A stretch of 64,000 nt of DNA from Enoplolaimus lenunculus (lineage: Eukaryota): contig JASANG010003092.1 in NCBI GenBank assembly GCA_030248215.1, positions 496,001 through 560,000 on the forward strand. The letters are read 5' to 3'. This document shows, piece after piece, positions 10,297 through 21,426 of this stretch; the stretch's first letter is position 1, and each line of letters starts with the position of its first letter. Below the pieces are notes generated by a model. It was not told where the DNA came from. It was given only the letters and a program-made list of their open reading frames with translations, and ran no database searches. Both the position numbers and the translations under genes were made by a program.

Positions 10297-11448
10297 AGAA
10301 CTTCAAGTATTAGCTTAGCGAGTATGAAAATGTCAATTTCTTGAGTTATTTCGGATATTAAATCCGTATTTGACAGTGACGAATTTCAAATTTGGCCCCA
10401 CGGGCGAAACCATGATTTTAAATTGGAACAGTTTAACCTCGTGTAAAAATGTATCTGAGAGAGCGTAGCAAGCGTGATTAATGTCATGCTTGTAGCAAAA
10501 CTTTTTTTCCGTTTGTCAAAACATTTAGAAGGGGACACATTTCTCATCCCCACTGTATAATGCCTCATATTGGCTAACCGTACAGTGTTACTACTTAGGT
10601 GGCCAGCTACGGTATTTAAACCACGGAAAATGAACGTGTGATGATAAACAACGCGTTTTCTCGTTTTTCATCGATTTTTAACAAACAAAAACCCTGCGAA
10701 GGAAAGCGGATTCGGCTAAAATGGGATTGCAAGCCCTAATCTTGTGTTTAAAGCATTCTGATGGCTGAAATAGAATATAAACCGCGTTTACAACTGTGCC
10801 AATGATCGATCCAGTTGAACCAAAATACTGTTCGAGCGAAAACCTGCAACAGTAATGTGGAAAATTCAGTCTGGTTTTGTAATAGAAATATTTATTTAAC
10901 CATGCGAGAAATGCTTTCAATATGCCGAAAAATACAACTTTATCCATGATCAGTGCCGTTGTATATTTTTTCATAGCGTTCATAAAATACTGTTTTGCAT
11001 ATATGTACTTTATAGTAAACTTTTTTTTGAGACGGCCTGAAGGGTTCGTTTGTGTTCAAAGTGGTTTCTGTTACTGGGTTAAATTTCGTTAAAAAATCCA
11101 TATTGGTCTATAAATAAACGCTACGTTTAATGTCCATCGAAAAATCGTTTTGGTTTCAAATTTTGAATAATCTGTGTCATTTTTTTGTCAACAGTTATTG
11201 ATCCAAAATTCAGGTTTTATTTATGACGTACGGCTGTGAGAAGCAGACCTCTCGTGCCATTAATTTTGGTCCCCTCTGTTTTCATCAAAACCTATACTTT
11301 TTATGCTACTCTGTTTAAAGTCGTTTTTTAATGCGATTTGCATATGCATTTTCATGTTTCCAAAGTATTTGTACCGCTGCTCATATCGTTGAGAGCTGTG
11401 CTACAACCACCGTACCTTTGAAGTAGAACTGTTCGACGCACTGGCACC

Positions 11449-11630
11449 ATGTAAAGATCATGGGCGGAACGTTTTTTCTGACGGACTAGAATAGAGTAAA
11501 GCTTAAGGTTTAGACTATTTTTTGCTTGGCTTAGGCTTAGGCTTAGGCTTAAGAATATGCTTATTGTTACGCTTAGGTTTAGGCTTAGGGTTTAGGCTTA
11601 GGCTTAGGCTTAGGCTTAGACTTAAGATTA
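11449..11630 (+). mobile_element. MITE-like element carrying TTAGGC telomere-like array
   Basis: catgtaaagatca.gggcggaacgtttt...atagagtaa...ttaggcttaggc...gaatatgc. Homologous blocks at 25981-26092 and reverse-complemented at ~32378-32535; the same terminal motif is inverted at both ends of 24294-24397. Confidence 0.65.
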
Positions 11631-12214
11631 TGCCTGTCACTGTTACGTCCTTGTTCTTTACATTGGTTGACACACTTGAGGGATGTAGGGTAACTGTGCC
11701 TCAAGTGTACCGAATGAATATTGAAACACCCTACACGAGGTTTGTAGCTTATAAAATTTGAACACAACATATCAGAATGATTTGTTTATCACCAAGTCAA
11801 TTTCGTAGGTGGCAAATAATGATAAGGTACACAACCGGTCTGATGCATAATGTCATGAAACACGCACGAAGCATTTGCGGTTTGTTACGAGAATTGGCGG
11901 GACTGCTGTTTTAAGGTGGCCAGCTTGAGAACTGTGTTCTCAGATCACGGCATATTTGCAAGTGAACCTTTCATCCATTCGTAGAAGAGTCCACTACTTG
12001 ACAATCCGCCAGCTCGACATGCAAAACAGTAGTGGGAAAACTATTTTAGAACAGCATGTACTTTGAAGTTCCTTAGTCTTTTCTAGGGATGACTAAAATT
12101 TTTTGGAGGTCTAAGCAACCGCTAACCCCCCAGTCATACGATCGACGATTGGTATAATACGCTGCGGTACCAATTGTCGATTGGTCTGTGTTAAATAGCC
12201 AATTGGTACGGTAG

Positions 12215-12573
12215 TTGCGGACAGTATACGACATAAGCTTTCAAACACACGCCCAAAAATCATTAATAAAAGCTAACCAGCTTCAAAAATTCATAACAAA
12301 AAAGACATTTAAAAGCATGCAACAATTAATTTACGAAAGCCGATCGTTTAATGCATTCGGTGATCCAGGTACACCTAAAATTGCAGGTGGACATGCAGCA
12401 AATCATGGTCAATTTCCTTGGTTAGCCCGACTTGAATTTGGAGTTCGAGATCCTTTGACTGGAGCGGTCAACGAAAGTTTATGTGGTGGCGTTTTGATTG
12501 GCGCTCAGGTTCTCATGACTGCCCTACATTGCTTACTGTACTACGACGCTGCTGAGAAGCGATGGAAAGCAAT
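12215..12573 (+). CDS. S1A serine protease exon 1 (5' boundary uncertain): activation site K|IAGG, FPW, CGG, TALHC
   Basis: Canonical chymotrypsin-family N-terminal motifs including catalytic His; GT donor at 12574 (phase 2). Confidence 0.85.
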
Positions 12574-12827
12574 GTAGGCAGGAGTTGCTTTTTTGATGTA
12601 TTGATACCGGCATTTTTGGTGCTCAAATCCGACGGTTAATCAAGTCTGGTGCAGTTTTGGGACTACGTAAACGCGGAGTAGTTGTCTTAAACACTACGAT
12701 ATATGTTAGCGCCTGGGTTGCTAACATAACATTTTTAAAAACATAGGTTAACATGAGTTTTTCTTAAAAGTCATTCGTAGTAAAACAATTTTACTTCGGC
12801 ACTTTTGACTTCCTTTCGTTCGACCTA

Positions 12828-13243
12828 CTGTATTGACACGAATAAGAGGGGGACTGATATTTATTTGGCCTCTCAAGAGGGTACCCCCCTTGTTATCCGG
12901 TTACGGACTGTTATTTATTTTTAACCCGCCCTCAGCCGTCATTCGTTAATGATATATATTCGGTATTGCAACTGTCCGTTGAATAAAACGTTTAGGGCGA
13001 TAATGCAATGATATACTTAGGAATGTACTTTCAAAATTTAAGTATATACGCTTCAAAGGTTCGAACTCAAATTATTTGGGCCTGGAGTCCTTTATGCGCT
13101 ACAATTAGGGATGTTTGACATTTATGGACTATAATTAGGGTTTAGGGACTCTATCCGCTTACGGACTCTTATTAGGGATACGGACTCCTATTGATTGGTA
13201 CTCAAAATGGGGACTTCCCCCTCTTATTAACGAGACAATGTAG
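12828..13243 (+). mobile_element. TA-TSD MITE family A (Tc1/mariner-pogo-like), degenerate copy
   Basis: Internal sequence shared with the copies at 18128, 26477, 38281, 50537 and 55799; TIRs mutated. Confidence 0.8.
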
Positions 13244-13523
13244 GTTAATGCGTATATCACAATTATCCAGTCTATACTATGAAACAAACATAAGGTTCGC
13301 TGCCGGTCTTTTTGATCCTTTCAGTGGCTGCTTGTTAGGTTAATCATGTGAAACCAGTTGAGTTCATATTGCACCAGACGCGACAATTTTTGGCAGATTA
13401 AAATGTTTTTTTCGAACCGCAGATGTGCCCTTTTAGCAAATTACGAATTTCCGTACCGTGAACTCAACTGAATGGAACTTGCAAATCTCATTTAAATGGT
13501 ACCGTCGTAAATTTGTATTCCAG

Positions 13524-13646
13524 GAGTAGTCATCGTCATTTTGTTGGATTTCGAGTGATGATCGGAACAACAAATGCAAGTGACGGAAACTCTGTTCGAG
13601 TATCAAACGTGCGTTATATGAAACAGAATTTCAATGATTACTACGT
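13524..13646 (+). CDS. S1A serine protease exon 2 (SSHRHFVGFRVMIGTTNASDGNSVRVSNVRYMKQNFNDYY)
   Basis: ttccag acceptor, GTGAGG donor, phase 2/2 compatible with neighbours; V.IG motif. Confidence 0.8.
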
Positions 13647-13724
13647 GTGAGGCACTGTATTAAATATAGAGATTAGTTTGTGAAAAAATCAGTTAAGTTG
13701 ACTTACAGATTTTCAAATCACACG

Positions 13725-13968
13725 CATTGTAAATTCCGATGAAATCAACTCAATCAAAGCATAAGATATTTGTGGTTATTTCTGAATTAATGACAGTAAA
13801 TATTAACTCACACTGAGCTGATTTAATGCTGGTTTAGTTGATTAATTAATTCAGAATGAGTTCAATCAATTCAGAATTCTGAGTTCTGAAAGACATAATT
13901 CAGAGCTCAGACCTCTGAGTGGATTCAACTGATTGTGAGTTAAAACCAACTCACTGAAATTTGCAGTG
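13725..13968. mobile_element. CAC-ended (CMC/EnSpm-like) MITE with AACTCA subterminal repeats
   Basis: cattgtaaattcc ... gaaatttgcagtg; related to 15042-15287. Confidence 0.6.
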
Positions 13969-14734
13969 GTATAATTTGAGTAAGCGGGAATGTATTTTTT
14001 ATAAATCATGGACACGATAACTGAACTGTATTTATGCGCCACCCATAACGCCACAGGCAAGCCAAGACTTTTTAAATTTTAATCAAATATTAATCTGTCA
14101 CTGAGTTGGTATTTTGTTACCTGCTAATTTTTCTAAACGCTGGGAAATCAAACTTCTATTTTTAAAGCTATTTATGCTTTGTTAAAAATGAAAACCTAAT
14201 TGTAGTTTTGTGGCCAATGATGTATGGATCTAGGCCGTAAAAGTGATACAAACATATTCCTCAGCCTAAGCCTAAGCTTAAAGATAGGCCTATACCATAG
14301 CCTGAGCCTAAGCCCAAGCAAGCATTGGTCTAAAGCTTTGCCTTAATTTTATAGCAGATCCGCAGAAAACCGATCCGTCCCTGTATCTATTTTTGGGCCG
14401 TTATGCTCGCTACCGTTGAATACGAACAACCGATATTTGCTGAAGAGTTATAAACTTATAAAAGTTCAAAATTAATATACAAACGATTTTAAATAAAAGT
14501 TGTGAACCAATTCACAAAATTCAGCGCAGCGATGCAATGCTTGGTCGACCTTTTTGCTATTTTACAACACCCAAAATCTGCTCCGCTACTCAAAAGATGT
14601 TCTCAGGGTAGAGACACAAACGATAATTTTGAAGTAGGATTTGTCAATTAAGAAATTGAGACAAAAATAGAAAAAACTTTTCGTGACGAGTAGAAGAAAC
14701 TATAGAAACTTGAAGCTCTTTATTTGCGCTTTAG

Positions 14735-14889
14735 ACAACACGATATTGCGCTACTATTCTTAAAAACGCCGTTGCAATGCGATGAAAACATTAATTTCGT
14801 TTCGCTTCCTAGCGAAAAGCTGCCAAAACTGGAACCAAATCAGCTGAAGCATTGCTATATTGCTGGTTGGGGTGTTACCGAAACCATTG
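14735..14889 (+). CDS. S1A serine protease exon 3 (HDIALL...CYIAGWG)
   Basis: Catalytic Asp motif DIALL; tttag acceptor, GTAAGG donor (phase 1). Confidence 0.9.
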
Positions 14890-15041
14890 GTAAGGTAAAG
14901 TTTTAATTTCTGCTCAAGTAGAGTATACAGTGAACAACTTAGCTCAAACTGTATACGGGAATTACTACGCAATATCGTTTTTAACGGGAAAATAGTCTAA
15001 TTAGGTATTTTGTTAACGATACGAGTATACTTGTGCTGCTA

Positions 15042-15287
15042 CACTGTAAATTCCAATAGGTTGATTAATTAATTCAGCAAGCGAGTGGGTTATTTCTGAG
15101 TTAATATCAGTAAACATTAACTCCCTCTCAGTTGAGTTGATTCGCACTCTGAGGAGTTGACTCTGGGTAAGTTGATTAACTCAGTATGAATTGAATCAAC
15201 TCAGAATTCTGAATTCTGATAGTCCTAACTCAGACTGAGTGATTAAACTCATTCTGAGTTAAAATCAACTCACTGAAATTTACAGTG
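15042..15287. mobile_element. CAC-ended (CMC/EnSpm-like) MITE
   Basis: TIR cactgtaaatt/aatttacagtg flanked by TA on both sides. Confidence 0.75.
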
Positions 15288-15682
15288 TAACAACATTGAA
15301 GATAACTCAAATCGGGCTCCGCAGGGTGATTGAGACCGGTGTTTTTCCAGAACCGAAGAGTGAAAAATGCTGGATTTCCCTACCCGAGCCCGGAGTCCAA
15401 TTGCACACGCAAAATGTTTATCGCCTAAACCAGATGTCTTAGTTCTCAAACTAAGTAAGCTTTAAAACCCGCCATACTTCAAAGTAAACGCTATATGGCC
15501 AGACCCGTAGCCAACTCACCTTGCTAGAGGGGCTAAATTTTTTCATGCGGGGCATTCAAGTGTTTTCAATGAGAGTTACAAGCAATGTTTAAAATTTTCA
15601 AGGGAGGGCAAAAAATTTTCAGGGAAGCTGAGCTCCTATGCCCCCCCCTTTCCTACGTGATCGTATACGGGTTTTGTTTTAG

Positions 15683-15906
15683 CAATGCTTCCGCCACCCA
15701 CATTACAATTTATTCGTGTTCGCTTAGAAAATTCAAAAAATTGCCTGCAAAACTGGATACGGCAAGAAAACGCGTTCTATTCAAATCCGACTTATCCTCG
15801 TTTGAAACAAGTATTTGCCATGAAAAGTTCCAGTACGGCGTTGATCTGTTCGACTGCTTATCAAAATGCAACCAGTGATGACATGAACCCGAAGGGTCAA
15901 TGTGCG
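15683..15906 (+). CDS. S1A serine protease exon 4 (LQFIRV...C...ICS...KGQCA)
   Basis: ttttag acceptor phase 1, GTACGA donor phase 0; LQ..V...C and IC motifs. Confidence 0.85.
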
Positions 15907-16611
15907 GTACGAGCTTAAATTCTGACAATTATAAGATTAAATCTCTGTTTTTGCCTAAAGCATAGGCCTATTTATAGTCAGAAATATGTGCCTAAATCTA
16001 TTTAGTACAGGATCGTAGCCAGCTCATCTTGCTACGGTCCAGAGGGTGAGCCCCATCTCCATTCTGGCTACGGGGTCGAATAAGTATAAATTTCAAGCCT
16101 CATTGTATATGAGAGAGAATCAAAGCTTTCTTGTAGCTCAAATGTTTGTTCTCTCATTTTGCCCTTTATATCAGCTTCGTAACAGCGTTGAAAATTTAGA
16201 CATTTTGTCAGATAGGTCGAATGGCCATGTATAGAACAGGGCCGGAACAATAGTATAAGCATATTCTCAAGCCTAAGCCTAAGCCTGAGCCTAAGCGTAA
16301 AGGATCAGCGTATTTCTAAGACTAAGCCTAAGCCTCACCTTAAAACTAAAGCTTAAACTGTTTCCATCACAGACCCGCAGGAAAACAAGTACATGGGTTG
16401 GTCGAGTCAAATTTAGTAATGGAAATTTTTTCCTTTCGTGATTGATCGTTCTTTCATGCAAACATACAATCATTGGCCAACGTTACTTTAAGGGACGTAA
16501 CTGCAGATTATGCGTATTCCTGAGCCTAAGCCTAAGCCTAAGTAAACAATTGTAATCTAGAATCTACACCCACTCTTTTATAGACCCACCAGAAACCTTT
16601 ACGCCCCTTAA

Positions 16612-16811
16612 CCCCTTCTCACATTGAGTTGCCTGTAGGCAACTGAGCGCAGTGTATATACGTTAAATAGTATATATAGCACCGAACAAGCAACACACAG
16701 ACAACACCACAAGACGAGAGCGCCACGCCGCAAGCCCGCCCCCCCCCCAGCACCACATCCTAGCATAAAGTATGTCTCAGGGGAAATAGAAAATATTCAT
16801 GTGAGAAAGGG
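16612..16811 (+). mobile_element. piggyBac-like TTAA MITE (family E), short copy
   Basis: TTAA|ccccttctcacat ... atgtgagaaaggg|TTAA; related to 27680 and 63551. Confidence 0.8.
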
Positions 16812-16851
16812 TTAAAGCAACATGGGCCCAAACATTTTCGAATGTTTCTAG

Positions 16852-17136
16852 GGTGACAGTGGCTCTCCAGTTACGTGTTATAACAACGGGACTTGGACGG
16901 TTAATGCTATAGTATCTAGTGGGACAGGAGTCTGTTCTTTGAAGGGGGAACCTGGAGTTAACGTTGATGTCAGTGCGTATCTAAAATGGATTCATGAACA
17001 AGTGAACAATGTTACAGGAGTCAAAAAATTACAGAAAGGGTCAAAAAGATGTAAAACGTTATTGCCTAAATTGTATCAGATGACTCGTGCTGAAAAAGTA
17101 CAGCAGATGAAAGCGAAGTTGGTTTCAGAAACTTAA
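16852..17136 (+). CDS. S1A serine protease exon 5 (GDSGSP...IVSSG..C...PGV..DVSAYLKWI) plus C-terminal extension
   Basis: ttctag acceptor; catalytic Ser motif; in frame with ORF 16939-17136. Confidence 0.9.
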   Translation, partial: GDSGSPVTCYNNGTWTVNAIVSSGTGVCSLKGEPGVNVDVSAYLKWIHEQVNNVTGVKKLQKGSKRCKTLLPKLYQMTRAEKVQQMKAKLVSET

Positions 17137-17208
17137 ATATTTTCTAAGATATATATTATATATAATATATATCATGAATTCGTGAACGCAAATGGCACAT
17201 GGTTACTG

Positions 17209-18122
17209 CAGGGTGCGACCGGATATCCGGCTCCGGCTCCGGCAAAAAATCGGCATCCGGCTCCGGTACTTTTTTCTTGCCGGATATTTGTTTAAAAATT
17301 CGAAAAAATGAAACTAATTGATTTAGATTGACTTACTTTTATATCTTTATTGTGTCATAATCGTGTTATGTAAACCATTTTAAAGTTTTGAATAAGGTAT
17401 GTATATTAGATAGCAGGGTGGTATAACGACAAGAATAGGAGGTCTAAAAAGGAATATGCCGTAATAAGTGAGCTGCCAAGTTTTTCAATTCGAAATTTTT
17501 TCTCAGAACGTAGCTCCCATTCCAAAATTCTGGCTAGGCCTCTAGTTGCATGCCGGCCACTTTGTACTTTACGTTGTAGTTAACGTGAAGATAAGTCAAA
17601 ACTTAGCTTAAGCGAAACAATAGCCTTAAATCCTAAGCTACATACAGCTCAACTTTATAGTATCTTACAAAAACTGGATGCCCGACCGTAAAAATAAGAC
17701 GGGCCGAACAAATATTGCAACTGAACGCAACGTTACTTAAACAGAATAATGGAATAGGTTCATTGTTAAAGTGTTAAGCTTTGTCTCGAAAACACTTTTT
17801 ATATAGGCCACGGAAGGAAGAATTGTGAGTTACTTAGATACTTTATTTTAGTTTTTTGCTTCAATTTCAGTTATTTGTGGAAATATATAATTAAAAAAGG
17901 TATGTGTTTGTGGTACTTTTTGAGTGATAGGCTATTAATTTACGAAAAAACCCTCAACCAGTAATTCAAACAGTAATATGATTTAATAAACCAGAATGCA
18001 AACTATAAACTTATAAAGGAATATGAGATTAAGTCAACAATCGAATTAATTATCCGGCTCCGGCTCCGGCCGGATATTACATTATCCGGCTCCGTCAGTT
18101 TGTGGTATCCGGTCGCACCCTG
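17209..18122. mobile_element. hAT-type non-autonomous element with perfect 8-bp TSD
   Basis: TIR cagggtgcgaccggata/tatccggtcgcaccctg; TSD GGTTACTG (17201-17208 and 18123-18130); ccggct subterminal repeats. Confidence 0.9.
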
Positions 18123-18127
18123 GGTTA

Positions 18128-18559
18128 CTGTAGTGAACCGAATAAGAGGGGGGAACTGATATTTATTTACCCCCCTGTTATTCGGTTACGGACTGTTATA
18201 TATTTTTAACCCACGCTCCGCCACCCTTCGTTACTGATATATATCCGGTTCTGCAACTATCCGTTGAATTAAACGTTTATTTGTTTTGTGTCAACAGCTT
18301 GAGCCATCATGCAGGGTTATACTTCGGAATGTACTTTCAACATTTAAGTACGCTTTAAAGTTTCGAACTCAAATTGTTTGTTTCTGGAGTCATCTATGCG
18401 CTACAATTAGGAATAATTGGCAGTTATGGCCTCTAATTAGGGTTTACGGACTCTATCTGCTTACGGACTCGTATTAGGGATACGGACTCCTATTGATTGG
18501 GAATCAAAATAGGGATCCCCCTTATATTACCCCACACCCTCTTATTCGGGTCACTACAG
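18128..18559 (+). mobile_element. TA-TSD MITE family A
   Basis: TA|ctgtagtgaaccgaataagagg ... cctcttattcgggtcactacag|TA. Confidence 0.9.
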
Positions 18560-19070
18560 TACGCATTCCCAATGTATACAAAAAAGGATTAAGCCAACCT
18601 TTAATGGTACTTTTATCTCATATTTTTCAGCTAAAAGAATAAAATTTTTAACAAAGATCAAGCTAAGAATACTACTAAACGACTCAGAACTCATCTCAGT
18701 GCTGGTACACTGGAATCACTTTTATTTCTAAAAACAATATTTGAGAAAAATAGCAACATTTGTTAAGTTATTGTACACGTCCCGCCCACAATTTACCAGA
18801 TTTTTCAGATTTCGGCATAACTTTAGGCATAGGATTAAACCTAGACTTCGGTTCAGGCATTGGGTTATACCAAGGCTTAAAGATTGCGACGTTCAGTGTC
18901 CGAGTGTCGCGTCAATTTAAATTCATACCGTGTTTAAAACGCAATTAAGTGAGGTTTAACCGACTAGCAGTTTACTAATTATCCCTCGCCCATCCTCTGG
19001 ATACAGGGCTGAATGTCCGTCTACCAAATACAAAATAGCTTACATTTAGCACACAATCTGAAGAATATTG

Positions 19071-21426
19071 TCAATTTTCAAGCTGCGAATTGCTACCCAA
19101 TGTGATATCTAAATGGGAATAATAGTTACCTGGCTGTATTTCTTTAAAATCATCTTTAATAGCATCCGGGTCATCAACAGAGAGAACGGTGCAAGTAGCG
19201 GCTGCTAAATGGACGCCATTACTGTATTCATTCAATTCTGGATTGTATCCGAACCTCTGTTCATCAAGCGAACGCCCTCTAGCGTCTATTCCGGTTTCAT
19301 TTTCGATTCCATTTTGGTTCCATAATCGACTCAAAGTCGCTTTTTGACTAGGATTTACGCCTACAAGTTGCCTACTATTCGGTTCGGAAATGAAACCATT
19401 TTCGCGTGAAACCGCTTCGTCTTGACGACAAGTTTTATACCCAGCCCCGTATTGTTGAGGGTCCTCACCGGGAACTACCCTACTGCCGAGTTCAGAAGAC
19501 ACATCCATTTCTGACGAAACCATCTCGTTTCGAGGATAAAATTGATATCCGATCTGCAACTGTTTCTGGGATCCGCTGTTGCCTCCAGTTTCTCCGCAAG
19601 GACCACATTTGCATTTGGATCGTTGGTTCTTTCGTGCCCGCAACGATTTTCTCTGATGGCTTGTCACTAATTCGGTACACATGGTTGTTGAATTGCTATT
19701 TTGGCTGGAGTTTTGTTCTGTCACATAAGAAAATAGATTTGAAGAATTACCGCCAATCACAGTTTTGTTTCCAAGTTTTTGTTTTGATTCGCGAAGGATG
19801 TTTTCAGCGTTTCCATCTCGATTCATCTTATGATTCTCGTTGTTTTCAAACTCGGTGATATGAAAAGACGCCTTTGAAGAAGTTCCAGTTTCGTCTCCAG
19901 TTTTGTGTTTTGATTGAAGTAAGCGGTTCGAGTCATGCTCTGTCAAATGAGAGAACAGATTCGAAGAATTACCGCCGACGATGTCTTTGCATCCAATTTT
20001 CGATTTTGATTCGCCAAGGACGTTTTCAGTCGCTCCATTTGCATCGTAATCGCCTTGTTCGCTGTTATCGTGGATAATTTGAGTGCTTGACAAAATTGGC
20101 TCCAGTCCTTCTAATGAACGTTGACTAACATTTAGCTCATCAGCTAGATTCGAGGCGTTAAAGTGAGCTTTAGACGATAATCCACCGGTTTCGTGACCAG
20201 AAATTCCTGCTGGATTACACGATTGCTTAGTCATTTCAGCTGGACCTGAAGTAGGTATCGTAGAAAACGTATTGGGCACAATTGAGTTAAGACAAAACCG
20301 GTAAGATCCGCTTGGTTGACTGTTAAGCGGTCCGTCTTGTGTACCAGACTGAAAGGGGCCACCACCCGTGGAGCCAGACAGCCGTGAATCATCGGAAAAT
20401 ACACTACAACTCGCGTCACCCTGAGAACAATACGAGATTTGCATTAAAGCATTTGAGTCAATCACGTCATGCTGCTCTGGTACGCAAACTATTGAGTCTT
20501 CTCTGACTGAGAGAAAGTTGTTTGAGGGAAGGCCGTGTTCTGATTTCGCGCAAACATTGCCGTGTGTTTCTAATGGATTCTTTGGACACAACAACCCGTC
20601 AATTTCACTCGGATGACAGATACTCCGAAATTGCCTGCCTTCCCTAACAAAAGCTCGTAGAGTGGAATTTTGATCGTTTAGTACTGCTTCTCCAGATTGC
20701 CTAAAAATCTGGTTTGTGGTAGGGCCAGTTCGGTGTATTTTAGGAAGACTTGAACTTCTCAAGAACCGAACAGTTTTCACTAAATCATCACGGGTATATT
20801 CTGCGGACCGGTTCAATCGAGCATCGTGTTCTGATGCTGCAATAGCGGCACCAGTTGCGGGTTGTGACCCTGGCTTTAGCTGATCCGGGCTGGCGAAATT
20901 AGGTTTAGGTTTAAGCTTAGGCTTCCTGTCGTTAGCAGTCGCCGGTCCATGACACGAACAAAATGAATTGTCTTCTATTCCAGCGGTACATGGGTCCGTC
21001 TCCGAATGTTCAACTACGGAACTTTCAGTTGAATTTGGTGATTTGTGTTGACTCGGAGCTGGCGGTCTTGAGCGGGTACTTAGTTGCTTGGCGACTGCTC
21101 GGGTCAGACACAGATGTTGGCGATTTCGACTAGAGCCAGGCACTGCAGACGTCTCGTTCCTATCTGGACCCATTTTTGAATCCAGATTCATTTTTGGATT
21201 AAAATTTATTGTTGAATTTAATTCAGTCAATTTAAGCTCGTGGTGTCTAGGTGGAGCAGTGGAGTCTAGTTGAGGTGAAGGCAGATACGTCACAGACGTT
21301 GCGTCTTCATCACAATCGATTGTGATTGACTCTTGTTCAGCTTTTTGCGGTGCTACACTGCGGACTCGCATCGCGCCAGTTGGGCTCGTCCTTCGACACG
21401 CGGGAGTGTTTTCGCTCGTTGCGTAC
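19071..21426 (-). CDS. Probable terminal exon of the Turtle-like gene: ~785 aa low-complexity S/N/G-rich cytoplasmic region
   Basis: 766-aa ORF open upstream to a tttacag acceptor at 21427-28; no recognisable folded domain. Linkage to the upstream gene is inferred from strand and phase. Confidence 0.65.

Noticed and set aside
11522..11770. ORFs with LGLGLRL / KPKPKP runs (also the start of 31960-32460)
   Set aside because: By-products of TTAGGC arrays.
19406..19858. 150-aa plus-strand ORF and other short ORFs antisense to real exons or inside MITEs
   Set aside because: Shadow ORFs without motifs or splice support.
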